Source of the DNA: Mobula hypostoma
Lineage: Eukaryota
Assembly: GCF_963921235.1 (NCBI RefSeq)
Contig: NC_086108.1
Coordinates: forward strand, 91,018,001 to 91,082,000
Reading direction: 5' to 3'
Length of the DNA stretch: 64,000 nt
The notes beneath the pieces were generated by a model that saw only the letters and a list, made by a program, of their open reading frames with translations, had not been told where the DNA came from and searched no databases. Within the stretch, counting starts at the first letter, position 1, and each line of letters opens with the position of its first letter. A program made the translations under genes and the position numbers. Below are positions 51,113 to 63,480 of the stretch, in pieces.

Positions 51113-51818
51113 CACACACAGACTGCCCGAGCAACCTTCCGGCAGTTCATGAAGCCAGTAAACTTTTCAGTGTTTCTAAATGGTTCTCATCATCAAAGAC
51201 ATTTAAAAACACTTTTAAAAAAACATTTAAAACTTTTAAAAAATCTTTATTTAAAAACAATTTGTGTCAATTAATTAATCCATTAATATTCATAAAAATA
51301 AAATTTTAAAAACAACTCTTCACATATTTTTCTACCAAAGGTCAGACACGTTCAAAGCAATAGTCTCAAAGCAGTGATTTGCATAAATATAAGAGATTTA
51401 AAGCAGTGTCTGTCAAATCCCTTTTGTGTCCCTGGTCAGGGAAGTGAATAAGGCATGTGACATATTTGCTTTCATAGGTCAGTGCACAGAAGACACACGT
51501 GTAGGCCAGGAGCTTCAGATGGGGATGTTACTTTTCAAATTTACAAATCTCCAGTTAGACTGTGCTTAGATTATCATATACAGTTCCAGTTGTAATACTT
51601 TACCAGTGTTATAGCAGTTTCTTTTGTCATGGACCAATACCATTAAGCAAGGGGTCCATGGAGTCCAAGTTGGGAGTCCTTGTACTCCCAACAGGAAGGA
51701 TGTGGTTGTGCAATGGTTGTCCAGGATAGATAGCGGACCGAAGGACTTTAGATATGGGTGGGGTTGATTAGGTCGTGTTGTATATTTAATATTTGAGTAA
51801 TACTATAAATATATTGTT

Positions 51819-51990
51819 GGGAAAAATTGATGGAAGACAGAGTCACGGTCGACAGTGCATGACATTCTTGAGTTACATCAAAGGGATGGACAAGCAAAAG
51901 TTTTGAAGAGATTAGAACTTCCTAGATTAAAGACAGATGGAAGACCAAAATCACCCTCATCATACAACGCAGCACATAATGATGATGATG
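51819..51990 (+). mobile_element. RTE LINE 3' fragment with (GAT)n tail
   Basis: GKIDGRQSHGRQ remnant. TSD ATTGTT at 51813-18 and 51991-96. Confidence 0.75.
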
Positions 51991-52084
51991 ATTGTTTGAT
52001 TAATCATTCTTTGTTGTTTATATAATGCATTGCAGGTTATATGTAAGAGTATGTGAATTGCATATGTTATGATGCTGCCACGTG

Positions 52085-52850
52085 ATTCGAAGGTTCATTT
52101 ATTATCAAAGTATGCAGCTTTGAAGTTCTTCTTCTCCAGCTAGCCACGAAACCAAGAAAGAAAAGAACAGCAGCACAATCATCAACCCCTCAAATCCCTC
52201 CTTCCCACACAAAACAAACAAAAATGGAACAGGCATATCGACCCCACCCCCCAATTCTCCTCCCACAAACATAAAAAAACAAGAAAGATTGGGGGAAAAA
52301 CACAATATAAAAAAACTATAAGACTGATAAAAGTCTAAAGTCCAGGTCCATATCCAAAACGCAGAAAACCTGGGTAACATTCTTGGGGCACAGCGGCAAG
52401 CCTTTCCCGCTGCTGCAGCAGAGCGACCCCACCAGCGATCAAAAGGCAGTCTCCCCTCTCTGGCAGTAGAGCATTCTCACCAGCGATCAAAAGGCAGTCT
52501 TGGCTCTCCATAGCAGAGCAACCCCACCAGCAATCAAAAGGCAGTCTTCCCTCTCTGGTAGCAGAGCAGTCTCTCAATGATCAACAGGCAGGCAGCCAGT
52601 GCTCCCATTCCACATTCACCTGAATATTTCAATCTCTCTCATCGCTCTAATTGGCGAACAATGGAAGCTTTAATCAGCAAAATGGAGTTAAACGTCGGCT
52701 TGCAGCCTTCTCGCCACGAGGCTCGCGCACACTACCTCTGCCTCCCGGAATCGTCTGGGATACTGCAGAGCGCTGAAATGCCCAAACAATTTCTGAATTG
52801 CAAATCACAGGCTCCAACAGTTCCAGAATCACATTCAAGTCAACCAAAGG
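52085..52850 (-). mobile_element. Non-autonomous retroelement with an internal minisatellite
   Basis: Rex-like 3' tail (ctttgataataaatgaacc on the minus strand); interrupts the solo LTR. Confidence 0.5.
52417..52591. repeat. Tandem repeat, ~3.6 copies of 47-48 bp
   Basis: Units start at 52417, 52465, 52512 and 52560 (AGYAGAGC..CACCAGCRATCAAAAGGCAGTCT..). Confidence 0.9.
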
Positions 52851-54934
52851 AACGTTTTACGCGGGCATCATCCTGACCGGATGATATGTGCACACGTTGC
52901 TTAAAATAAAACAGGAACTAAGACTCATATCTCTCCGCTGTCTTGTTTGCCTTTTTGAATTAGTTTTATGTATTGGAGTTGCAAAACATAACAGCCTGTG
53001 ATTGCTTACCCTGGAATGAGGGAGGCTGAGGGGTGAACTGAGAAAAGTATAGAAAATCATATGAGTCGTGGAAAGAGTGTTGGTCAGAAATTTTATCTTA
53101 TGGTAGAGGGTATTGAAAACAGGAGAGCTTAGGGTTAAGATGAAAGGAAGGGGTTTTAAAGGGTATTTGAGGGGAAAAGTTATTGACACAGACTGTGATT
53201 GGGGACCTACTGGTGGAATCATATTAAGAGGTATTTGTATAAGCAAGACACAGAAGGCCCTACTCTGGGCAAATGGGATTAGTATAGATGGACAGAAAGG
53301 TCAGCATGGATGTGTTGGGCTGAAGTTTTTACCTCTGTGTACGACTCCATGACTGTGTGACTTATTGCATCACATAAACACCCTCCAAGCACAGTAATGA
53401 AAGGGCCAGCGTGCTAACAACTTTATTTCATACTGAATGCTTCCACTTGTAACACCTGATCCTTTTGTTATATTCCTTGCCTCTGTTTTCAAGAGTTGAC
53501 TTTTTAAGGATCTGGTGAATAGCTTTTAAAGTGGTCAAATTCTATTAATCTACAAGCACAGCAGTGTAGAATAGATAGTCAAAGTCATAATTACAATACA
53601 TGTTTTATATAACTGCCAGCTGAGCCACAGTTTGAAGTTGTCACATAGAACCTGTATGCCTTTCTTTTCCTGAGATTCCCTGGTACCCTATGGAACTGCC
53701 AATAGCTGTCAATATGCCTATGCCTGTTATCACTGGAGCTTGTTTTAACTTGTTTCACCAAGTATTCTAAAGAACAATCCTTGACACAGGCTTATGCCAA
53801 ACTGGGCAGACCCGGAAACTGGGAGGGTTGAGAGACTGGATTTCAGAGTAATGTAGAAGTTCAAAGTAAAATTTATTATCAGAGTACATGCATGTCACCA
53901 CATAAAACCATGAGATCCTTTGTCCAGCAGCCATACTCAGCAAATTTATAGAAGAGTAACTGTAAACAGGATCAATGAATGACAAATTGTGCAAATGCAA
54001 ATATAAATAAAAAGCAGTAAGTGGAGGTTATGGAGTACTTTGTCTGGCAGGATGAAGTATATTCCCACTTCATGATCTGTTGGTCCCTTGTCTCTCATCC
54101 CACTTTTTCCATGTTCCCCTTGGCCAAAGAAATCAGCAGACTGAAGCAAGAAACAGAAATCAGCTTAAAATGGAGAAATATGTTCTCCATAAATAACTTC
54201 CAGTTGATTCATCCCCTAGTGACAAATTTACTGCATGTTTTATGACTTTTAAATTTGGAAACGATGAATTAGGCAAAGGTACGGCAAGTGGAACTTGCAA
54301 AAATTTTAACTTCCAACCCAACCCAAACCTTCCTATTTTAGGAAACTAAATGTACCCTAATCAATTGTCAGACAAGCAAGTTACTATTTCGATAAATGCT
54401 TGAATTTCTATAACAGTAAAAAATTCCTTTGAGATGCAAGCATGTAAAAGCAGTGAATGCCTTTAAAGGCGTTCCAATTAATGCGGTGCCACAGTTGTAG
54501 AACAGATGAAAGGGACTGATGTTAGGATTGCCAGAAAACTACTAAGAAATTCTCACTTTGATTCATTTTGATATCCAGTTACATTAGTACTGAATGTGTT
54601 GTGAGGAAGTCCACCTTTGATGTTTCTGTGCAGCAGCAATTTGAGTGCATGCAGTCTTACCAGCTAAGGTCAACATAGATTGCTTAACCAATTTAGTACA
54701 AAAAAATAAGAAGATAATGTTATTGTCAGATCTGCTCAAAAAGAGAAAAAATACAAAATAATGGAATTTAACCAATGAAAAAAACATATTCATTGAATGA
54801 ACAACATTTAAAAATCTATATTAAATACACCAGGTGAAAAGCATTTGTAAATTATAAATGTTCTCTTTGAAAGCTTATAGTGTGTCCAATGCCTATAGTA
54901 GGCTGCATTTGGGTACAATAGGTATGACATTTAG

Positions 54935-55114
54935 GAAAAAGAGAAAATCTGCAGATGCTGGCAATCCAAGCAACACACACAGAGTGCTGGAGGAACTCAG
55001 CAGGCCAGGCAGCATCTATTGAAAAATGTACAGTCGACGTTTCAGGCCAAGACCCTTCAGCGGTGTTTTCTTCATATATGATGCCTGGCCTGCTGAGTTC
55101 CTCCAGCATTTTGT
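54935..55114. mobile_element. Penelope-like minimal fold-back insertion with a partial hammerhead motif (55031-55059, minus)
   Basis: Inverted arms. 13-bp TSD GTATGACATTTAG (54922-34) / GTATGATATTTAG (55115-27). Confidence 0.82.
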
Positions 55115-55244
55115 GTATGATATTTAGAAATGTGGGTTCAAAGTATTTTTGTATAAAGAAAATGTGTAATTGCAAATGTATACACAAAGATGCAGAATAA
55201 TATTTATTATAGCAAGCAATATTGGTAACTGGGAGGGATGGGTC

Positions 55245-55515
55245 TGCACAGTAGGTCAGTGGTTAGTATTGCGCTTTACAGTTCCAGAGACCAGGGTTCA
55301 AATCCCACAGCTGCTTGTAAGGAGTTTGTACGAGTGACCACGTGGATTTCCTCCAGGTGCTCCGGTTTCCTCCCACAGTCCAAAGATGTGCCGGTTGGTA
55401 GGTTAATCGGTCATTTTAAACTGTTCTGTGATTAGGCTGCGATTAAATCGGGGGTTACTGAGGAGCATGGCATGAAGGGCCTATTCCATATTGTATGTCA
55501 ATACAAATAAATAAA
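55245..55515 (+). mobile_element. HE1-like V-SINE
   Basis: CAGTGGTTAG A box, GGGTTCAAATCCC B box, V domain and A-rich tail. Confidence 0.85.
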
Positions 55516-57706
55516 AATAAAAAATATTATATTGTTTTTAGAAGATGAAAAGTATTATTTTGGATTTTTAAAAAGTCCTAAAAATATGGAAAGACTGGAA
55601 TTTTAGCTAATATCATTCTTATATGTTTATTTCTGGACATAAAATTCACAAGCCTTCCACAATGACACAAAACCAGAATGGGATACTTCAGTCATCGGTA
55701 CTTCGGTACACCGCTCGATTTAGGGACTTTTCATATAAGGTATATTATCCCTTAAGAGCAGCCTGAGGTACTTACATACTCCCAGGCTATTTGGACAGAA
55801 ATGTGCTCCCAGTTCCATCACGTTCTTCAACCCAGATCCCTTCCACTTACCGTCCATACAGAAATATAAGCTAAACATGTAAAACAAAAGCTTTAACTTC
55901 CTATGGTAAAAGTTGCAAGATTCTGCTGCTAGTAAGAAATGTTGGGGGTCAGAACAATGAACAGAGATGCCCATCCATCGAATCTGCAGTTTGTGTCATT
56001 GATCGAATTTATTAGCCGCACCACTAACTAGCGCTAGACTGACTGGAGTGTTGAAAATGATGCTAATAAGCTCCATGTTGGACTACATGTTTTTTCTTAA
56101 CATTCTCTGCCTCCTGGTGCTGCTGGCATGATGGAAAATGAGTGTGTATTCACTGAACCAGAATTTTCACCATTGGTGGTAAGATTTAATTTGCTTTAGA
56201 AGTCATTTGGGGGCACCAATCATGTTCCACAAATTGAGGGAGTTTTTATTTTAACATGGTCAAGAAAGGCCTCAGTTGCATCTTCTCACTGAATCATAGA
56301 AATTACAGATAGAGGCTAATCCGCCCATCTTATCCATGATAGACAAAAATCAACAAAACATTAATCTAGCCTCCCAGGTCATTCCAGCATCCGCAGTTGC
56401 CTGTGTCTCCTCAGCTCTCAGTCCCAGCGAGTCAAGTGTTGAACAAGGTTCCTTTCAAATGTGGGGGGGGGGGGGGGAGCGGTGGTGGGGCTTCAGCCTC
56501 AGACAACGAGTTCCAACGATACCTCTCCCTCCCCACCACAACCCATCAAGTGAAGTCGTTTTTCTCCAGTCTACTACCCATTAAATCTACGGGTCCTGGT
56601 TTGTGACCTCTCTGTTTTCTGTTAATCCTAACTCCACCTTGGACTATATATTTTTGTCCCTCTCAGCTTGCACTAGTGACATTATATTGCTTATTTCTGC
56701 TCACATAAATTGTATATAATAAATGGTAATTTAAATTTATTTTAATTTATGTTTGTGCTGTTTGTATACTATTGCAAAATGCTATTTTTTCATGTCATTT
56801 TTACCCCGTGTGTGCATGCCAATGTCAAAAAAGAAATCTTGAACTTGAATTTACCCTGCAAATGCCCCCTGTAATTTTTAATTCCTGAATTAAATATCTC
56901 TGCAGTCTCCAATAAAAAAAACAACAACGGCTCAGAGAGTTATAATGTTGGCATTATCATCTTTGGACATGTTTTAACAGGAGATGTCTAGTTCAGAAGT
57001 GCTGGGCCGAAGAGCCTGCTGCTGTACTAAATAAGCGTGTGACACTATGAGTGCACTCGCCTGGGCCTCTAAGACAAAGCCTGCCTTTGGCAACTCTGCT
57101 TTTCTCAGGAAGGCGTTGCTGGTGTGTCTCCTCTGATCCTTGCTGAGGTGCAGAAGCCTTTGACAGAAGTGAATCCAAAGATTACCATTGCATTAATGAA
57201 ACACAATACTCCCAGCTCACCACAGGGAGCATATACAGGATCAGGCTATATACAGTTGAAAGACACATTAAGCAAATGACAGCTGGAACATTATGTTCCT
57301 GAGGGATAGGTTGCATCAGCTGGATGTACAATTACAAGGTTTTATAGGATGACACCATTTGCAATAGCACGGGATGTCATAAATAGTGTGCACGAGATCA
57401 AACAAGCCCTTCCCTGTTAAATCCATTCTATTGAACAGCAAAACCTTCCATTCTTTCGTTGCATGTGTTGTGTCAGCCCACAAAAACAAAATTCAGCACA
57501 TTAAACCTGTGAAGTGTTTGATTAGGCTTCACAGAATCAATGGCTGCTGTACTTGTGGGAGCAATGTGTGGTCATCTATGTCTTGGTGGGTCACATTCCT
57601 GCCCGAAAGCCAGAAAGTGATGACTTAAAAGTCCCATTTCAGAAATTTGAACACGAAATACAGCCTGATTCTCCAATGCAGTACTCCCATGGAACTGGTA
57701 GGATAT

Positions 57707-58396
57707 AAAACTACGACGCACACCAAAGTTGCAGTCTACAGGGCCTGCGTCCTCAGCACACTGCTTTACGGCAGCGAGACCTGGAGCCTCTACTACAGGC
57801 AAGAGCGGCGTCTCAACGCCTTCCACCTTTGCAGCCTGAGACGCATCCTGGACATCACGTGGACTGACCGAGTCACCAACAATGAGGTCCTGGCCTGCAC
57901 CCAGATACCCAGCCTCTTCACCCTGTTCCAACAACGCCATCTCCGCTGGCTGGGCCACGTACACCGCATGTCAGACAGGAGGATCCCGAAAGACCTGCTT
58001 TACGGGGAACCGGCCACCGGCAAGAGAGCACAAGGGTGGCCCCATCTTCGTTTCAAAGACCTTTGCAAGAGAGACATTAAGTCACTGAAAATGAACGTCG
58101 AGAGGTGGGAGGACATCGCAAGCGATCGCTCTCACTGGAGGCTGGAACTACGCAGAGGTCTAAAAAGAGGAGAAGAGAAGCTGAGGCTTGCTGCTGAAGA
58201 AAAGCACACTCCTCGGAAAAACAGCACCAAGATAACAATGGAGGACAGTGCCTTCAAGTGCAGTCGATACAGCCGAGACTGTCACTCCTGTGTGGGCCTC
58301 TACAGCCACAACAGACACTGCTCTAACACAGACTGAAGCTAGACCTTCCAGGCGCAGATCCATGGTCTCGCGAGACTAACGGATGCCACCAATAAT
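57707..58396 (+). mobile_element. RTE (BovB-like) LINE 3' fragment with open ORF C-terminus
   Basis: VYRACVLSTLLYGSETW..LRWLGHVHRM..RIPKDLLYGE..C..C...H zinc-finger-like end, stop at 58336 and a short 3' UTR. Confidence 0.92.
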
Positions 58397-59168
58397 CTTC
58401 CCTCTCTGGTGCTGTAAGCCATTCCATGAATGAAAGCAGGTATTGCCCTGACCAATTTTTTCTCTCTCTGACCATGTAACTTAAAAAGTGAACATTATCC
58501 AGTAGCTATCATATTGCTGTATGGCTAATTTCCACAATTCCACAATAAGTACTGTTTTTTAAAAGCCCGTCATGTCTGTACAGCACCGTAGGTCGTACAG
58601 ATGCTGTAAAAGTTGCTCCAAGGCGTGTGATATTTGGATCACTTTGCTGCTCATTGCTGCAAACACACAGAACTCACAAAACTCTAGGGTGCTTATTATA
58701 TTCTGAAAAGATATTGTTTTACTCATCTAACATTCCTTTCAGAGGGTAGACCCAACTCCATAGTCATATGACTAACGCTTGCACAGGCCTGTTACTGTAC
58801 CCTGCTGCCACCTCCATGTGCTTTTGCTTGCATGTGCTCCATCACCACTCTTGCTCCCATTTCGAGCTCTGTGTCTGAATGTCCCTGGGCACTGGATCCA
58901 TCCTGCTGTCTGCGTCACGCCATGTGTTTGATGCACCGTGCTATGATGTGCTAAGTTCCTTGTGAAACCCGCACCTGCGTTTCATGGGAAGATCTTACAG
59001 AGAGGTAAAAAAAGGCAGGTGTCCTGCAATGGTGTCAGGAGAGATCCCATCAAGCTGAGGTAGCTTGCCAGGATATTGTTAAAATAAATTGTGTGTGAAT
59101 GAAATGAGGCTAATAAAAGGAAGATACTTGCCGTGTGAGGCATCCAGATGGCAAACCTACTTTATTAT

Positions 59169-59571
59169 GCTACTTTATTAGGTACACTTCTGCACCTGCT
59201 CGTTAATGCAACTATCTAATGAGCCAATCATGTGGCAGCAATTCAGTGCATAAAAGGACATGGCCCAGACGTTCAGATGTCATTCAGACCAAACATCAGA
59301 ATGGGTAAGAAATGTAATCTAAGCGACTTTGACCTTGGAGTAATTGGTGCCAGGCAGGGTGGTTTGAGTATCTCAGAAATTGTGATCTCCTGGGATTTTC
59401 ATGTACAACAGTGTCTAGAGCTTACAGAAAATGGAGTGCAGAAGAGCATCTCTAAAAGCACAACACATTGAACCTTGAAGTCGATGGGCTGCAGCAGCAG
59501 AAGACCATGAACATATACTCTGAGGCCAATTTATTAGATCAGAAGGTTCCTAATAAGGTGGCCAGTAAGTG
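59169..59571 (+). mobile_element. Non-autonomous Tc1/mariner derivative, copy 3 (internally deleted)
   Basis: MGKKCNLSDFD remnant and the same 3' double-TIR end followed by TA. Confidence 0.8.
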
Positions 59572-59720
59572 TATGACCTTGCACACTGTTAATGGACTTA
59601 GGCCCTAATACTTCAAAATCAGTGTTTAGGGGTTTCGAAGGTTTGGAGTGTGTGGGGGTTATGTCCTAGGGAGTTTACTGTATATTGAGAATGCCATATT
59701 CAATCCACTGCCTTTAAAGT

Positions 59721-60486
59721 AGAACAGAGAGATCTAGGAATAATGGTGCATAGTTCCCTGAAGGTGAAATCTCATGTGGATAGGGTGGTGAAGAAAGCTT
59801 TTGGTATGCTGGCCTTTATAAACCAGAACATTGAGTATAGGAGTTGGGATGTAATGTTGAAATTGTACAAGGCATTGGTGAGGCCAAATTTGGAGTATTG
59901 TGTACAGTTCTGGTCACCAAATTATAGGAAAGATGTCAATAAAATTGAGAGAGTACAGAGGAGATTTACTAAAATGTTGCCTGGGTTTCATCTCCTAAGT
60001 TACAGAGAAAGGTTGAACAAGTTTGGTCTTTATTCTTTGGAGCATAGAAGGTTGAGGGGGGACTTGATAGAGATATTTAAAATTATGAGGGGATAAATAA
60101 AGTTGACGTGGATAGGCTTTTTCCATTGAGAGTGGGGGAGATTCAAACAAGAGGACATGAGTTGAGAGTTAAAGGGCAAAAGTTTAGGGGTAACATGAGG
60201 GGGAACTTCTTTACTCAGAGAGTGGTAGCTGTGTGGAACGAGCTTCCAGCAGAAGTGGTTGAGGCAGGTTCGATGCTGTCACTTAACCAGCCAGCCAAAA
60301 CATATATATTGATGCAGCTATAAAGAAGGCAAAACAGCAGCTATATTTCATTAGGAGTTTGAAGAGATCTGGGTTACGGGCTGAGTGCAGGTTGGTGGGA
60401 CTAGGTGAGAGTAAGAGTTCGGCACGGACTAGAAGGGCCGAGATGGCCTGTTTCCGTGCTGTAATTGTTATATGGTTATATGGTTA
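59721..60486 (+). mobile_element. CR1 3' fragment with (TATGGTTA)n tail
   Basis: LEYCVQFWSP..RRLRGDLI..FFTQRVV motif. TSD TAAAGT at 59715-20 and 60487-92. Confidence 0.92.
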
Positions 60487-60891
60487 TAAAGTGACACTGA
60501 GATGTGGACGAGGGTTCAGCAGCCTTCAAGAAAGTAAACTGATATTTTTATGTGTATGTCTCTATAACAATGAAGCAGCAAGATATTGATTGAACTGAAT
60601 TTGAGGTTAGATTCTGGGCACAGCCTACTCACAGAGAAACCCCACAGCCCTATGTTTTGGAGCAGCGGAATCAGGAGTGTTTACCTTGGCCTCTTGAGCA
60701 AAACCAACCCCTACACACCCCTATCATTAACCACATCAAATCTCCCTATCATCAGCCAGTGATAAAACAAATTCTGCTAGGAACGGTCCAATGGTAAATT
60801 GGTCTAATATCGTCAAACTTACCAAAGTACAGTGAAAAACTTGGTTTGTGTGCCGTATAGGTCATTGTGTAATGAGGTTAAATAGATATTC

Positions 60892-61135
60892 TTCCTTCCT
60901 AGCGTGTCGCACCAGACAGTCAGCCATTCTTGTCTGGCGCGTAGTGTCAGGATTGGTCTGCTTTCCGATTAACCAGTCACGATATGAACGTTCCTGACTC
61001 GACTCTTGTTTTTTACGAGGCCGAGTGGCTAGCTCGACACTCAACCCGGCACAGATGGAAAGCGTGGCCCCACTTGGATTCAAACTCTGGAGCCTTCGCT
61101 CCGAAGTCCAGCGCAGATGCCACTGTGCCACCAGC
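60892..61135 (-). mobile_element. tRNA-derived SINE (distinct family)
   Basis: Minus-strand head GCTGGTGGCACAGTGGCATCTGCGCTGGACTTCG..GAGTTTGAATCC with A/B boxes, followed by a non-tRNA body. Confidence 0.7.
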
Positions 61136-61755
61136 CAGCCAAAACATATATATTGATGCAGTTATAAAGAAGGCAAAACAGCAGCTATATTTCATCAGGA
61201 GTTTGAAGAGATCTGGTTTGTCACCTAAGACACACAAAGGCTTCTACAGATGTACCGTGGAGAGCATTCTGACAGACTGCGTCACTGTTTGATATGGGAG
61301 TGGGGCCACTGCCCATGACTGAAAGAAACTACAGAAAATCGAAAATTAGTCAGCTCCATCTTGCGTATCTCTTCAAGGAACGATGCCTCAGGAAGGCAGT
61401 GTCCATTATTAAGGACCGCCATCGCCCAGGACATGCCCTCTTCTCATTGTTACCATCAAGAGGGAGGTACAGAAGCCTGAAAGAATACCCTTAATGGTTC
61501 TCGAACGGTTTCTTATCCTCTGCCATCCGATTCTGAAATGGAGATTGAACCCATGAACACTTCCTCACTTATATTATTTTTCTGTTTATGCACTGTTTTT
61601 AATTTAAATATTTAATGAACATTTATATACTTACTGTAATTAATTCACTTATTCATTTTTTTTGATATTACTATGTACTTCCATGAACTGCTGCCACAAA
61701 GTTAACAAATTTTAACGCATACGCTGGTGATTTTAAACCTAATTCTGATTATGAT
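61136..61755 (+). mobile_element. Rex1/Babar-type LINE 3' fragment
   Basis: IKKAKQQLYFIRSLKR..FYRCTVESILT..HALFSLLPSRGRYRSLK and the matching 3' UTR. Confidence 0.88.
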
Positions 61756-62762
61756 TTTAATTTGCATCAGACTTTTTATTCTTCAAACCATTAGTCTGAT
61801 CTCAACCACAAAGTCATTCATGTTCTCAGCAATTTCTCAACGATCCCCAGATTTGATTGACGATGGGACCAGAGCATTGTGATTCATTGCAAACTGCTCT
61901 CTGTAGATCCACTCATTGCCTCAACTGTAATTGTTCTCGCTCTATTGCTATTTTCCCTTGTACTATCTCAGTGAGCTGTTGTATGAATCGATCAGTATGG
62001 ATGGTTTGCAAGACAAGTTTTCAGTGTATGTCAGTGCATATGATAATAATATACCAATTTAACTACTTAATTAGATAAATAGATGCATTAAGGTAGTAGA
62101 ATGTAAAACAATAACAGAGTACAGATTGATATATTACAGAGAAAGTGCAGTGCAGGTAAACAATAAGGTGCAAGGCCATAACAAGGTAGATAGAGCGGTC
62201 CAGGGCCATCATACAAGAAGTCCATTCAATATTCTTATAAGAGCGGGATGTTGGCACTCATTTCCAGAGAACTATAATATAAAAGCAATGCTGAGGCTTT
62301 ATGAAGCATTGTAAAGACAACACTTGGAGTATTCACGCTGGTTTCCATGATGTGCTTAGTTGTGTGTACAACTCTCTGCAATTTCTTACAATCTCAGACT
62401 TCTTGTCCCATCAACCCGCAATGCATTTGGATAATGATTTTAGATTAATTCTGGGAGAAAAGAATTAGAAGCCCAAAGCTGAGTTCAACCCACAGAACTG
62501 ACCTCACTTGCTGAATTAACTGCAGGCACACTGTTATGTCTTGTGGCTGCTTCTGAAAACGCTTCCAGCTCACTGGGGCTGACATCTATTCAGGCTGGGA
62601 ACTGTGAAGTTAAATTGCCACCACCCATTCCTCCCCACTGTCCCACTCGCACATTTCCCAGCTGCCACCCAGCTAAGCCCCTGTAAACAGCCATCTGCAG
62701 CATTTGTTTCAGATCTGATGGTTTTCTTCCTATCTCTTTTCCCCAATTATTGATTGCCTGTT

Positions 62763-63480
62763 AAGAACATAGAAGATGGAACATTAGAGCATAGTACAGA
62801 CCCTTCAGCTCATGATGCTGTGGCAACCATCTAACCTACTGTAAGATCAATCTAACCCTTCCTTCCTACATAACCCCCCATGTTTCTATCCAGAACGAGG
62901 GGTCACAGTTTGAGGATAAAGGGGAAGCCTTTTAGGACCGAGATTAGGAAAAAGTTCTTCACACAGAGAGTGGTGAATCTGTGAAATTCTCTGCCACGGG
63001 AAACAGTTGAGGCCAGTTCATTGGTTATGTTTAAGAGGGAGTTAGATATGGCCCTTGTGGCTAAAGGGATCAGGGGGTATGGAGGGAAGGCTGGTACAGG
63101 GTTCTGAGTTGGATGATCAGCCATGATCATACTGAATGGCGGTGCAGGCTCGAGGGGCCGAATGGCCTACTCCTGCACCTATTTTCGATGTTTCTATGTT
63201 TCTATAATCCTCATACCTACCTAAGTGATTCTTAAATGCCCTTAAAATATCTGCCGCCACCATCCTCTGTATAAAAACTTGTCTCTGACATTCCCCCTAT
63301 ACTTTACTCCAATCTCCTTAAAACTATGCACCCTCATATTAGCCATCTCCATCCTGGGAGAAAGTGTCTGGCTACGCACTCAATCTATGCCTTGTCACCT
63401 TGGACACCACTATCAAGTCACCACGCATCTTCCTTTGCTCCACAGAGCCCTAATTCGCTCAACCTGTCCTCATATGACAT
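62763..63480 (-). mobile_element. Decayed CR1 3' fragment split by a younger CR1
   Basis: CR1 3' UTR in reverse at 62763-62889; coding remnant at 63206-63480. Confidence 0.7.
62890..63195 (+). mobile_element. Young CR1 3' fragment, same subfamily as 3506-6093
   Basis: Near-identical to 5788-6093 and flanked by ATGTTTCTAT direct repeats. Confidence 0.92.

Larger units (their letters stand above)
51776..52993 (+). repeat. Solo LTR related to the Gypsy LTR at 42029, carrying two nested insertions
   Basis: TGTTGTATATTTAATATTTGAGTAAT start and GGAGTTGCAAAACATAACA end match 42029-42589. Confidence 0.75.
51440..53358 (+). mobile_element. Old CR1 3' remnant split by a solo LTR (pieces ~51440-51775 and 52994-53358)
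   Basis: RLRGEL.KV..II motif and a CR1-like 3' UTR in the right piece. Confidence 0.55.

Noticed and set aside
52417..52591. CRISPR-like array
   Set aside because: The units are contiguous with no unique spacers, there are no cas genes, and the context is a vertebrate intron.
57647..58336. 229-aa ORF as a domesticated gene
   Set aside because: It is the C-terminus of a 5'-truncated RTE ORF fused to flank; the open frame is explained by youth.
58760..59100. Possible Harbinger-like remnant (also ~35100-35300)
   Set aside because: Only a vague compositional resemblance; no TIR, TSD or motif could be supported.
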